A stretch of 43,874 nt of DNA from Amoeboaphelidium protococcarum X5 (GCA_023515725.1 JALDTO010000215.1:711902-755775), one strand, 5' to 3'. Shown: positions 1 to 13,485, numbered from the stretch's first letter. Notes: generated from the sequence alone by a model not told the origin. Program-made: numbers and translations.

Positions 1-116
1 GCCAAATTAGTATTCTCCGGCCTATTCTCCGCTGCCAGCTCATAAGTCTCCTGAGCCCTTTACTGCAGATACAGATCGTTTTCTCGATGTCTCTATTGAG
101 TGGGTGATGATAGCAT
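1..116 (-). CDS. 5' end of a gene running off the window edge (partial, unknown product)
   Basis: ATG at 116; open to position 1 with TAR=Gln (MLSSPTQQRHRENDLYLQQRAQETYELAAENRPENTNL); no recognisable motif. Confidence 0.4.
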
Positions 117-554
117 ATTGTGTTGATGGTCAGGAAGTGAAAGAAAAGTTGTCAAATTTTTCCGAGCGTGTTATTAGTACTCGTGTCACACATCGCCCGC
201 GTCACACGGTCATGACCCGTTACGGCTTTTTCTTAATAAGTCCTAACTGTCGGAGAAAAATAAAAAGCAGAGTGAGGAGAAGAGTGATTAAAGGCAAGAG
301 ACCCGGTGATATTTGATGGAATTAGAGTACATTTTGTGTGTTAGAATTAAAGAAGTACAATACTAGCAGCTTTCCAATGTAACAGTGTTGTTTTCTATGA
401 CAGATCGCATGTGTGTAAAGAAAGAGCTTACTACAGTAGTTGAGAATGAGATTCCGAACGCGTATGATAAAAATGCGACATATACAGTAGTCTGTCTGTA
501 GACCAAAAAGTTCCAAACCATTACAAAAAGGGGCAATCGTTAATACCATTTGTC

Positions 555-559
555 AAAAA
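555..559 (-). terminator. RNA polymerase III terminator (T5) of tRNA-Cys
   Basis: TTTTT run 4 nt downstream of the tRNA 3' end on the minus strand. Confidence 0.6.
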
Positions 560-563
560 CTAA

Positions 564-635
564 AGGAAGGAGCGGGAGTTGAACCCGCGACCTCGGGATT
601 TGCAATCCTACGCTCTGCCACTGAGCTATCCCTCC
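564..635 (-). tRNA. tRNA-Cys(GCA), intronless
   Basis: Reverse complement folds as a cloverleaf: GGAGGGA/TCCTTCC acceptor, GCTC/GAGC D arm, loop TTGCAAA, GCGGG-TTCAACT-CCCGC T arm, U discriminator. Confidence 0.95.
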
Positions 636-905
636 GAGAATATAGCTAATCTTCCGCAGAAGGTTTCGTACACACGAAAATTCGGACTTTCAAAGCATTA
701 TATTTACAATGACTTGAAGCTATATTGTTACGTCTTCGAAGAATAAACTTTTAACGTTCATGTCATGTAACTGCTTATAGCAGTTTGAAATTAAACTTCA
801 GTGCGATTATCCAATGGCAGTTCTAAAGATGCTTTATTTCGAACTTCTCTGCCGGAAAGAAATAAGGTAGAAAACGACCAATCTGGACCATGAAATAAGT
901 TCTAT

Positions 906-3116
906 TCAGTGCTTTACAATTTCTAGTACAATATTTATGAGCATGGATGTAGCGTAAATGAAAATTAGAGTCAATCCGTACGTTCTCCATTTCTATGAAC
1001 TGCTTGAGAGCGCAGCCACCACTGAGATCATCAGAGACAGTAAGAGGGCACATGAGGAAACAATCAGTGTTTTGTTAATCTCGATCTCATACCAACTATG
1101 ACTGATATTGTAATATAGCGAGGATACACCAACACCAAGCAGAATGTTGAACAATGGGCCTCCAATACAAGCACCGATCGCCATACTTGCATAGCCTTGA
1201 CGCGCCACAGACAAGTTCGCAACAAAGTCTGCAATACTGTTCCCTATTGCATAAATGGTCAGACCAATCATACCTTGACTTATATTCATAATAACACCAA
1301 GAGCCAGGAGAAGAGCCATCAATTCATTGGCAATCTAATAAATCCAAACTATAGAAGAGAAGAAACACGAAAACGTGACCACAGTATGTAAAATGACAGA
1401 CTGTGGTATCTTGTAGGGATCAGTCCACACAACAATAGATATAAAGCACACCACAATGAAAGGTATCGCCGCAAATAGAGTCACGCCTAGAGTATAGAAC
1501 AAGAACAATGGCGCGCAGACTATTTAGATTAAAAGCAACCATCGATCCCATAGAAAATACATATCAGAGCCACCATAATCATCAGAGCGGGAGTCATCTA
1601 AAGATGGTAGAGGCTATGGAATACAAAGAGTGAGCATAATAAGTGGCACAACTGCCAAGATTGACACAAATTTACCAGCTACGGATAACTCTGCCCATTC
1701 GTACCTCACTGGTAAGAATACATCAAGAACACGTTCCACAGGAGGAGAAAAGCCATATTTCTGATTTTAAGGGAAAAGCTTTCTCCATAAGAATCTACCA
1801 AAACCAGATATAGTTCTAGATTCTAAAGCTTGATCATAACCTTAACCGCTTTGAGCATTATAATCACGCGAATTCGATAATAACAATCGCTCTGAAAATT
1901 TAGAATCAATAGTCCTTGTATCATCCTATTATTGCGAAGATGAACTCTCTGCAGGTAGAAATGAAGTATGACGACGATCGCTCCTATCATCAGATACATC
2001 AATTTAATGGCGCGTGTGGTCAACATCATACAGCTGATCAAATTCAACCAATAGACTATTACCCTGCTTTTAAAAATTACCATCTTTCTGCTACTGGAAA
2101 TCCTCAATCAGATCATCACCATCATTTGACAATGAGCGATAATGAGACAATGCTGGTCTCAATCTATACGTTCCAATAGCTTTGCCATACGCTCCAAACT
2201 TGTAAAAATATTTATCATGTATTATCGAATCTCTACCTCCATTATTCATAGTACCTTGGCCATTTAATGCTCCAATTACTTGATCATCTTAATCTTCATC
2301 ATCGTCGCCGCGATAAAATAATTTTCCCGCCTCCTCAATAAGTCTATTATCATCATGAATGTTCTAAGTCAACTCTACAAGTCCTCTTTGCTAGCCATAG
2401 CCGAATAAGGATTACACAAACTTCCAAATCTGCGAACCAGCAGTTACAACAATCACGTAACAAGCATAATAACAAGTAAGACATATCGCTTCAATCAAAG
2501 TAATCCTCTTATCAGCTATAACCACCAGAAGAAATATTACAGCAAATATGAAGAATATAAGATCTCTGAGATATGCCTTCTGCTGCAACTTAATCGATGG
2601 TCCATGCAAGAGAACGATCAGTCCAACAACGACAGTGTTGATAAACAGTCCGGCGCCCATCAATTCTCCCAGGACAAGTGTACTAGCATCGCTATTTATA
2701 CCAATGAATGAACCGATAACATCTGCGACGCCATTACCAAAAGCGAGGAAAGTCACGCCCATCACCGCGTCGCTGATCCCCTTTCCATTACGATTGACCA
2801 CATGAGGTAGATGGCGACTCAGCTGCTGGATCGATTAGATGGAGGCGGTCATAAAGTAGGATGCACAGACAGATATTGTGATAAAAAGAATACCAAGACA
2901 GAGAAGAATAGTTAAAATGTTCCACCTTGACTGGCAGAAATAGAGTTACAAATAATCGATTGCACCATCTGATGGACACTGGGCAATTATATAATCACAT
3001 TCCGAGATATCAGATGGCTTTGCAGATAGATTACATGACGAATCTTCAGCCTTGATATTTTATGATAGTAGTAGTAGAATGGCAGCGATAAGTGTAATAA
3101 TGAAGCATCTAGACAT
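906..3116 (-). CDS. Cation/Ca2+ exchanger (CCX/NCLX-type Na+/Ca2+ exchanger), 736 aa
   Basis: Single frame with TAR=Gln from MSRCFIITL (signal peptide) to TGA; alpha-1 repeat GVTFLAFGNGVAD and alpha-2 repeat GLTIYAIGNSIADFVAN...ACIGGPLFNILLGVG; many TM segments. Confidence 0.9.
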
Positions 3117-3511
3117 TATCACGATTAATTATCACTTTCACAGCGCAAAGTGAATTTAAAACGGTTGTCAGGAAGAAGAGATGAGTGAGAGATCGGATAT
3201 GTGTCAAGTCCCATGTCTCAAGCGATACTTGGTTAATAAAATAAATCGCGTCATTTCAGATATTGTATCAGTCTTTAGTATTGTGTAATAATTGGTAGTG
3301 TCAAAATTGGGAAGTGTCTGCCAAACTACGTGGTTGACGACCAATCAGCTTGCACCTAGCTTGCATAAGCAGCATCGCTTCCCACACCGGCTCTGCGATA
3401 AAAGGAAATCGCGCTCGCTCTTTCTTCTTCTCTCTTCTTCTTCAAGTCCTCATTGTAATTACAATCAAAGGCTATTTGTCTGAATTTACAGTCATAAGAA
3501 TTTAATTTAGT

Positions 3512-3704
3512 ATGTGCAGAAGAGTTACTTGTGATAAGTGCCACAAATACACCTGGGCAGGTAAGTGATGTCTCTAATTGTTTGATTATAAAATCGTATT
3601 ATCTATTGCGTGTACGTGTAGGATGCGGAAAGCACATTGATTCAGCTCTTGCCGGTTTGAAGGATGAAGAAATTTGCAAGTGTCCTCGTTAACAGGCTCA
3701 ATGA
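3512..3704 (+). CDS. Small Cys/His-rich protein, 43 aa, one intron (3561-3621)
   Basis: MCRRVTCDKCHKYTWAG|CGKHIDSALAGLKDEEICKCPRQQAQ*; GTAAGT...TAG intron restores the frame; ends in TGA. Confidence 0.8.
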
Positions 3705-4010
3705 CTAGGTTGTGTCTTGCTTTGAATGAAGTTTGGTTTGAGTTTGCTACGGTTGATATGTTGAAGTTGTGACTTGAATAAATGATTTAATACTGCTTGA
3801 TGTCCACCGCTCTGATAATGATTGCATCAGAAATTCTTTAAACTTTCCGTTTCAGTCATCACACTCGGCACACGGGCAGCCGACGCCTCTTTGATCGTTT
3901 CAGCTTTCACTGCTATACCGTACTTATGCAACTGCTGTCAAGCCTTTCTGTCACATACTCACACATATCTTTCTGCCTCTCTGTCACATTCTCTATAGAC
4001 TGCACTGATA

Positions 4011-5393
4011 ATGGTGGCTGTAGATTACAAGCGATACGTGAATATTGTAAATTCGCTGTGTTTCGATTGGAATTACAAGTATTCGTTCATACTTCCATTG
4101 CTTCTCCTCATGCTGGAGAGTGCGTCTTCGCTGCTCATCATTCGTAACGTACCTTACACCGAGATTGACTGGAAAGCTTATATGCAAGAAGTTGGGCAAT
4201 ATCTTGGTGGCTGTAGAGATTATTCTCTGATTAAAGGTGATACTGGGCCATTGGTTTATCCTGCTGGGTTCGTGTATATTTATTCTGTATTGTTTTAACT
4301 CACAGATGCTGGTTAGAATATCAGATTGGCTCAGTATGTCTTTGCATGTCTATACGTGGTATCTCTGGCGTTAGTTTACCGCATTAGCTGGCATATTAAA
4401 ATAGTCCCACCTATCATGCTCCCACTGCTTTCCATAAGTAAGAGAATACACTCAATCTATATGTTGCGAATGTTCAATGACCCTGTGGCCATGTTGTTCA
4501 TGTATCTTTGCGTTTTGGCACTAGTTAATAAAAAATACACTGTATCAAGTATTTTGTTGTCAGTAGCTCTATCAGTAAAGATGAACATTGTATTATTTCT
4601 TCCTGCGTTCATGATGATTGTCGCTGTGAACCTGTCTCCTCGGTCTCTAATTAAGCATTTGCTGATTATTGTTGCTGTTCAGTTATTACTCGCAGTGCCC
4701 TTCTTGACTAATCAAAGTCATGCCGTGAATTATGTTAGAAGCTCTTTTAATTTGGGGCGTGTTTTTGATTACAAATGGACTGTGAATTGGAAGTTTGTAC
4801 ATCCAGACGTATTTTACTCTTCCAACTTTCATTTATTGTTAGTCTCTGGCTGCGTAAGTCTATGGTGTTTGTTGGGTCATTTCGCATGGACGTAGCAGTT
4901 GGGTATAGTGAAATTTATTTACAGATTTCTTAATGCTCTTCGGCACGATGGTGGTGTTTAAATGGCCAGTATTGACGCGTTGAATATCGTTGCCATGCTC
5001 TCTTTATCCAATCTGGTCGGTATTTGTTTTAGTCGGTCTTTGCACTACTAGTTTTATTCATGGTATTTCTGGTCTCTTCCATTCTTAATTGCTTACTCTA
5101 TAAACGTCTTATTACCGAAATCTTCAGAGTCTGATTCTAATTAGCCTCAGTTTACTGTTAATCATCTAGTAGCATGGTCTTATGGCGTGACTGTCATATT
5201 CACTATCGAGTACTGTTGGAATGTCTATCCTGCCACTCCACTCTCATCTGCAATATTACTCTGCTGCAACTCTTTTGTTCTATTATGTGCATCTATCGCG
5301 TCAGTAGTTGATAGTAGGCGCAAATTTGTAGTTAGCAAGTCCAGTTAGTCGATAAGTCCTGCGACAACAATAACAAAGAGCAAACGAGTATGA
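4011..5393 (+). CDS. ALG3: Dol-P-Man:Man5GlcNAc2-PP-Dol alpha-1,3-mannosyltransferase, 460 aa
   Basis: Motifs [44 protein letters not shown]-like LSVKMN, WTVNWKF, RSLHYQFY (Q = TAG at 5049). Confidence 0.95.
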
Positions 5394-5460
5394 ATTAAAC
5401 GTGATCTAGCCTTTAATCAAATAGATTACTTGTATATATTCATTAACTTACAATTTATCA

Positions 5461-8400
5461 TCAATGAGCACTTTCAGGCACTAAGAGGAAGAGGTCATCC
5501 ATAGAATCAATAATGAGATCCGGCAGAGGGTTTGTGATCAAGTACGGCAAATCGTTATCAATGTGATTCATATCCAACAGAAGCTTTTGGATTCTCTATG
5601 TCTTTTGTGCACTTTCTTGATATGACTTATGACTAATATTTTACATCTCAAGAGCGTCCACATCCCCTAAATTCATAGTGTAATTAGAGTCGATCTAATA
5701 TAAGTGCTACCGTTAAGGAGACCAAGTGCTGACATTAGTTCTAGTTCTATGCACTGGCAAATTCTTAAGTCGTTATGAAGTGTATTGTTGCTAGTGAATA
5801 GTGGGAGATTAATCTCTCAAGTCTTTATGCTTTTTCAGAGATCCATGTAACTACTAGTCCAATTCAGAAAACTGTTATTCCACGTCAGCTCTGGTTCTAT
5901 TGCGATAAATACCCAGAACGACGCATTGATGCTCCAGAGACAGATGACGAAATACTTGAGCGAATGACATTCCAACGAAACGGGGCGATACACGTACACT
6001 CTTGAGTACAGATCCTACAACATTCAAATGATTACTCAAATCTCGCCATCTCTGATACCTGCGGCCACATAACAACTTGACAACATCTGTAATAGCCGGA
6101 GTCCTGAAAGCTTCAAATATCAATCCATCATACATATCACCGGTGAGTACTCGACCAGATGCATATACGGCAGAGTGTGCGTAATATCCAGGGTCCTCAG
6201 TGTTGACATGCGATTCATCCATACTCTCAGCAATCTGTGCATTGAACTAATTTGATTGAGAGAAATTTCCAGCCTTTTATGCAAAGTTTTCATCATCATT
6301 CTCCCATTCGCTAGGATTCGTATTCAATGCTCCCTCTGGCACAGTTCTCCTAAAGGTGAACTTTCGCATAGTGTACGTGATGTCAATAGGATTCATCTCT
6401 GGCGATATTTTTGACGTGAGCTTGGGCAGACATTCCAGCATTTCATGCTTAACCCGCATAAATTTGATATTATTCCTAGTGACAAGCTCCGTGATGACAT
6501 ACTTATCCTTGGTCATGAAATCGATCTGATGAGCTGTCATAACAGCAGCACTGTCCACAAAACGTTCATCATCGCCACCGTCAATTTTACTCTGCTCCAG
6601 AGGTTACTGCAGAACAATCACACAGCTGCAATCAAATAGACCAGCTTTAATGAGATCATTGCGCTTCAAAGATGACCCTTACATGAAGTATACATGAGGA
6701 AATACCGCTATAGATCTCCATTCGTCCTCAGATGGCAGTTGCGGACACAGGATTAGTATAGGAGTTAACTAGCTCTTATCAAGAAACGATGCCCTCACTG
6801 TGCACATAAATGTCCAAACTTCAAAGTTATTAGCGCATAATATAACATGACCTTTCAGTTTGTTGTAATTGCCAGAAAGTACTGCTTTATGTCCTCGTCC
6901 ATGTTGCACATCAGCATCGATATTAAAATCTTGATCAATTGACGCGTCAGCCAGTCTACTTTATTCGATGGATGGAATTTACTTGACCATATAACAAAAT
7001 GGAGATTGCAGATCGTTATCAATCACCAAATGATGTGGTGGACGCGGATGACCAACATATATATTTGCAGATTGCTTTGAATCTGCAGATTGATCCTCCA
7101 GATCTGCATCAACATTTACAGATTAAGAACCATCTGGCGATAGAGTAGGCAGAGAATCAGTACCGTATCTCAGTACTGCCAGACGAGACATAGATTTGGC
7201 AGGAGATGAAGCCGATTAAAACCTATTTGCCGTAGATGATGATGATTGCGGCGACTCTTAATGCAATTTGGACGAAGATCTACGATTAAGAAAGATACTT
7301 TCGGTGAGATTACCAGCATCAACAGCATCCGAGTCGAGTCCACCACTTTGACCAAACATGTCACATTAACAGCTGTCAGACTGGTGATTTTAACGCTGGG
7401 AATGTGAAGGGAACTATTAATCCAAATCGTCTTAAACATTAAACCATTTCTACCAGGTTGATTAAAATTACTCTTTATCAAGCCGCTCAATATCAGCCAA
7501 ATCTTCAATGCAAGAGCAAACAGAAATTATTTTCTCTACCAGGTCATTCTCCGGAAACATGAAATCAGGACCAGGATTAAGGACTAAATGCTCACAATAG
7601 GTATAAACAGTAGACTCATTATTAGGCGTCTTGATGTTGGCTTATGAAGCATTGATTTTCGCCGGAATACGAAACTTAACACCAATCAGAATTACTTGAA
7701 ATTCTGCATACAAGAACCAGCAGACATCACTATAGCGCTTGCCGCAAAATAGCCTATTAAACGGACTAAGTCTAATCACATTACATAAGCCGTCGCCGTA
7801 CTGAACTTACCAATTTTAGTTGTATTTCTTGAGACGAGGAGCAGAATGAATAAGATTTGTTATCAGAGCGCTGGCACCTTTATGAATGCAAGAGATACCT
7901 AAAATCATTTACTTGATACTGTTAACGCAAACCACTTACTTCACAAGAGGTCTTACGTGCAGATCAGTCTCTGGTCTGATGTTAAACGCGTAAACAGGCG
8001 TCTTGCTGCTAAATTTTCTAATTGACCAAACGCGCAAGACATTGCGGCGATCCTCTTCAATGCCATCTGATAAGTGGATACCTTTACTGCGATCAGCAAT
8101 CACAAAGCATGCAGATGCCTGACGTAGACTACAGCGCCGAAGATCATTCTCTTCCAATGCAGATCCTTGTATAAATGCTATACGATGTCTGTATTAAAGA
8201 GAGTTTAGCAATTATTTAATGTCGTGAGTTGGCTTATGAGGACTCAATATAACGATCTAGTAACTAGTAGTCTCCAATATACTATTGACTGTCTTAAAGC
8301 GAGACTAGAAGGCACCCAACTTATCAGCGTGCTAATTTCGATTATATTTAAAGTGCTTCTTCTCACTCAGGAGCGTCAGAGCTTAAGTGAGAATCTCGCG

Positions 8401-9585
8401 CACAAACTAATTCTAAGTGAAAGATAAACACACAATTACAAACGGAGATGATCCACCAACAAACGTTTTATGACCCTCCTTTTAACTTTTATAAGTTTCC
8501 ACAATACCACTGATAAGTGAAGGGAAGAATACAATGGCAATGATAATCATTACGACACAGAGAATACGACCCAACATCGTCTCCGGAGTGATATCACCAT
8601 AACCGACCGTAGCAGAGCTGATAATCACAAAGTACAGAGAGTCCACTATACCATAGTGAGGACCGCCAAACTACATCTCAAAGAACTGAAATCCACACAT
8701 CCACGTAAACACAAAAGCTGTAGTTCTCAATACGAAAACAATAATCTAACTCATCATTTGATTAAGAACAGTGGATCCCCGCAGTTGAAGTAGCAGTAAG
8801 GCATTCACAGCGGCTTACAAATTCCAAATACGCAGGAAATACGGCACCCAAATATGTTCACCATCCTTTAAAAAGGGAGTGACGATGAAGGGGACTATAG
8901 TAATTAAATCTATCAACGTGCCTAATCTGAATAAAGATTTAGGCTTGGTAACGATTCTAATACATGACAAAAGGACTTGAATGTACGCGAACACAAGCAG
9001 GGCGTAATATGATTGAGTAGTACGTGTTATATACCAAAATTTACGCGAGTTATCAGGCCAGGGACCAGAAGTCTCCATATTAATCAAGTATATGAGACAA
9101 ATCATCGTGTCAATAAGGATTTACGCAAGCAAAATGGCATAGAGAGAATGAATGTCATCCAAAAAGCGTTTAAATTTGCGAATAGTTGCGTAGCCAAGCA
9201 GACCTTCAGCACCATTCACCCTCACAACTCTTCTACTGCGATACTCTTCGCGTAATTTTTAAATTTATTGTACCTTCACCTGTTCAGATCGAGAGCCACC
9301 GCCAACACCACTTTAGGAGGCTGGATAATTGTCTTCAAACTTTCCATGACTCAGCCACACCAACAACCTTCGTATTGTATAAATACTACCGGCTATGAAT
9401 CCGCGTCCATTTGGCTACTCTAATTCCCTGCCCTCTTCAGGATTAGGAGTCCTCATATTATTTCGCATCCCAGTAAATACGGAAGCATCATGCAGATTAT
9501 CAACCACAGGCACCAGATTCTCCTATGACTATGATGTAATTGGTGGTGTGCTGGCGTGTCTTATTAAATTCCTAGCCTATTTCAT
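5461..9585 (-). CDS. Slo/BK-family (Ca2+/Na+-activated) potassium channel, 1374 aa
   Basis: One frame with TAR=Gln joins ORFs 8815-9105, 7936-8157, 6277-6558 and 5875-6222; K+ filter ATVGYGDITP near 8585-8615; RCK-type segments (QGSALEENDLRRC, GSSLKRNDLIKAG); C-terminal YLITNP motif. Confidence 0.88.
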
Positions 9586-9801
9586 ATTTCAATTAATTAA
9601 TAACAGTCAGATATAAATTAAATAAAATGCAATAAAAAAATAATTTATTTCAATTGAAATTGTGGAATATGAGGAATATGAGGAAAGTACATAGGGTATC
9701 ATAAGGAGATCTTCTAACAATAAGTCACCCCTGGACAAGTTCAATCAAAAGTCAACTAAAATATAACTATATGTATTAGGAAACGTGATTAATAAGTATC
9801 C

Positions 9802-10288
9802 TCATGATTATACAGTAGGCTATTTATCATCTGGTTGAGACTTGGAGTTCTTTCTTCCCTTCTTAGCTTTCCTTTCGGTTAGAGTGTCCATGTGCAATGC
9901 AATCAGATCTTTGTAGGAGCGCGCGAACTTGACGGCGTTCCTTGACGAGACCGAGGTGCCAATCTTCAACGACTTTGACTTTAATCTGAAGTAAGACGAG
10001 TAGTTCTTACTGTTGTCAGTCGTTGCTTCCGCCTTGCCTTTCAGAATCTTCCTCTTCTCTTTAAAGTCCATGCCTACATATCATTGATTGTGGTGTTTTG
10101 ATGAAAATTCCAGTGTAAATGTGGCGATTGAAATCATACCGCGTTTGCAAGTGATGTACAACGATTTGCTGTCCGCCTTCTTTTCTAAAATATTTGATAA
10201 TTCTAGCAAAAACTACTTTAATAACATAACTATTTTTAAAATCCATAATGTAACTAATTATTACCTGATCATTTGACACGGTCTTCAT
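9802..10288 (-). CDS. SRP14: Signal recognition particle 14 kDa protein; introns 10213-10264 and 10074-10139
   Basis: Spliced product MKTVSNDQ|FLLELSNILEKKADSKSLYITCKR|G...KIGTSVSSRNAVKFARSYKDLIALHMDTL matches the SRP14 pattern (QFLxEL...SxYIT.K; KIST.V...KF...Y..L...MD.L); both introns GT-AG. Confidence 0.85.
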
Positions 10289-10728
10289 CTTTATATTCGA
10301 AAATTTACGTTCCTCAACAAATCCCAAGAGCTGCGGTTGAATTCAATGGCGGTGGAAAGAAAAGAGTCAAACTTCTCTATCACGAAGAGAATATAAACCA
10401 ACTTCTAGGGATATTTTCATTAAGATTAACAATGAAATTTTTTCTTAGATGAGGTGATTTAGTATACTATATTTCAGTTATTATTAAATCTGCTTTGTAA
10501 AACAGGTTAATGTTGATCTTTGGTTGTTTGTCGTTTCAGACACCTCGATCGTCTCTCAGCTGTGTTTGTATTGGCTGTCTGATGATAAGGAGACAATTCT
10601 TCAACCCTTTCACTCTCTCTCTCTCTCTTAGCAATTCTTTTGTTTCAGTTCTATTTAACAAAATAGTTAAACTTTTAACTCAACTATCTCAGGCTTTTTG
10701 TCAATAAATCCTCTGAGTTTGTTTTGAA

Positions 10729-13485
10729 ATGTATACTGCGACAACTAAGTAGATATTATAACCTGTCGCTGAGGCTATCGCTGCTCTGATTGTTTTGAAT
10801 GCTGAGGCTGATGCAATTGGTGCTGGATTGCCAGATTTATCTGATGTTGCGCAGGTGGTGGATGAGCAGGCTAGGAACTTGGTTAAGGTTGGTATGGATA
10901 TGTTGAATCAGAATGCAGATGATCTCATGAAGAAGGAGATGCCACCCGCATGCCATGAAATCGAGATTTCCGTTTAGATACTGCTAGAGGCTGCCAGCGA
11001 AATAAAGTTTGACTCTTTCAGTAAAAAGGGACGTGCAATGTTGGTTGACGCTGCGAAAGGTATCTTGCAAGGAACCACTCATTTGCTGGATGCATATGAT
11101 GATGGCGAAGTTCGCAAGATTGTAAATTTGTGTGCATCCACCAAGACTGTGTTATCAAAGCTGGATTAGACATTTGAAGTTTAGTAGATTATTGCAATCA
11201 TTAAACCTGCGTGCTAGTAGTTGGTTGATCTCACTGCTCTGGCTAATAGGCGTGTCGATGAACTGCTCTTCCCAGCGCTGTAGACTCGCCTGCGTGATGC
11301 TATTTAGAATATTACCAAGACCTCTAATCTCGTAGTTTCATCAAGTAAGGCTGTGGCATAGAATTCAAAGAATTAGAGTATTATTCAATCTCGCTCAGTC
11401 TGCTTGAGTTATATCTCTGAACTGGTTGAGGAGATTTCGAAAGTTGTTTAGATCAGGGACTGGGTCGAGCCATCGTATTCTGATGTTATCGGATAACTGG
11501 TGAATAGTAGAGGCGATATACGTAAACAGTTGGGTGAAATTATGTAGTTTGCATAGGAAGGTAAGGTTGATGAATTGCAGTAAATTTTAGAGGCTTTCAA
11601 TTTTACTGCTGATGGACTTACTGAAAATGTTATTAATCTTGCAGAGTCTACTCGCCAACCAGCAGGCCCTGTCTTGAAATTCTTAGCAGACTAGTTTAAA
11701 GAGTAGTAGCAGGAGATATCATTGTTAAGTAATATGGTTGCCTCTGATCCTAGCAATGTTGCGAATTAGGAGTCGCTTTACAAGACATTACAGTACGCTG
11801 ATGCAGAATTGCAGGAAATTGCTAAATTGTCTGATTAGACGGTGGCTGCAGATTTACAAGATTCTGTCAATTAACTGAAAGACCACTAGATTAAACAGGC
11901 CAGGATTGGTGAGTTCTATGATAGTGTTAAGGAGGGAGGGGCTGAGTAAGCTGCGGATGAGAAAGTCAAGTTGAACACGGAAGTTTAGCGTTTGGTGTCC
12001 ATTCTTGATGAAGCTGCTCTGCTGAGTCCTGATGCTGAGACGTTCAACAATATTAGAAATGCTCAAAAGAGCGTAAAGCAAATGGCGCGCTTGGTAGAGG
12101 TTAGTGGCTTGGCCTCAGCAAGTCTTCCGAATGATAAGCAGTTAGGTGAGCATTTTAATGGAGTGGTTAAATAGTTTGAAGATGACGTGTAAAGATTGGA
12201 GAAGAATGTTATAAACAATGGCGCTCTGTTTCCGTTTGATGTTCTGGTTTAATCTAATTAGGACTATATCGATGCCCAGTTTGACAAGATTTAGACAGCT
12301 GTAGCTCAAAATGACGATAAGGCTCTGTTGGCTGCAGCTAGCAATATTGTCGCGTCCATGAAAAGAATGGTGGACTATTTGAAGTTTCAAATTGAGAATA
12401 CGAGCGATCCAAAGTACAAGTAGGAGTTGCAGTAGCGTTTATAGAAACTGGAGGGAGCTTTGAGTAATGCACAGTCTTTGAAAGATAAGCTGGAGTAGAA
12501 TCCCTCTGATGCTAGTGCTAGAAAAGCATTCATGTCTCAGTAGCAAACGTATAAGGATTTTAACAGCGATCTGCAGAAGCTCAGATTAGGTCAACAGTCT
12601 GATAATCAGACCGGCAAGTAGCAGAATTTTTCTATCCCCGAACCGATCACACCTGTCGTGGCAGTTGAACAGGAAGTCGACTCCTCTCAGGTTGATGTTG
12701 ATGACGGTCCTAAGATTGTAATTTAAAACGGTGAGGAAGTTGAAATTGTGAATAGCCCAGCGCCTGAAATATTATCAGAAGAAGAAGCCAAGTTAAATCC
12801 GATCAAGGCGGCTGCACAGGATCTGAAAGTGTAAGCATCACAATACTCTGCATCCGATAATCCTGTTGTTGAGCTGATGCAGCAACTGGCTCTTAAAATG
12901 GAGGCAATGTCAGCTTTGTACAAACAGAATACGCCTCAATCTAAAGCAGATATGATGAAAACTGTGCAAAATATGCAGGTTGATATTTAGCAATTGCTAT
13001 AGCATGGAAAGAATGTTAAGGATAACTGTACTGACAAGTCGCTGAAACTCTAGCTGAGTCAGGCTATGGAGAGAATGCAAACTCTGTCTGTCCAGTTGAA
13101 GATTGTGGCAGCAGTCAAGATTGCAGAACCGAAAGATATTGACAGTGAAAAGTAGCTGATTCTGTGCTCCCAAAACTTGATGGCAGCTGTAAAGTCCATG
13201 CTCAAGGCCTCCGAGGCTGCCAGTTTGAGAGCGTTCAAGACTACCGCGAATGTTGCTGTGGCCATGATCAAATTTAGGAAGGTATTGTATAAGAAGGGTG
13301 GCGGCATGAAGAGTCCATCTGTCAATAGTCCTATTGAACCATCTGCAGACAGCAAAGGCGGTAAAGACGTCAAGTCTGTGCTTGGTGCTTTGTCTAAGTC
13401 TAGTGGTAGTAAAGCAGCAGATACTAAGCCAGTTTCATTGTCATCTGCCGTCAAGGGCTTGAAGGTGTCTGGGAGTTAAAAGTGA
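10729..13485 (+). CDS. VCL: Vinculin (vinculin/alpha-catenin family), 918 aa
   Basis: N-terminus MYTATTKQILQPVAEAI...LPDLS...NLVKVG...KKEMPPA...KGILQGTTHLLDAYDDGEVRKIV closely follows the vinculin D1 head; tail has LSVQLKIVAAVK and CSQNLMAAVKSMLKASEAAS. Confidence 0.88.

Noticed and set aside
104-549. Track ORFs 104-316 (+) and 322-549 (-)
   Set aside because: No motifs; they lie in promoter-like/AT-rich sequence beside the tRNA
564-635. Possible suppressor tRNA responsible for the recoding
   Set aside because: Anticodon is GCA (Cys), not UUA/CUA; no Gln suppressor tRNA seen in this window
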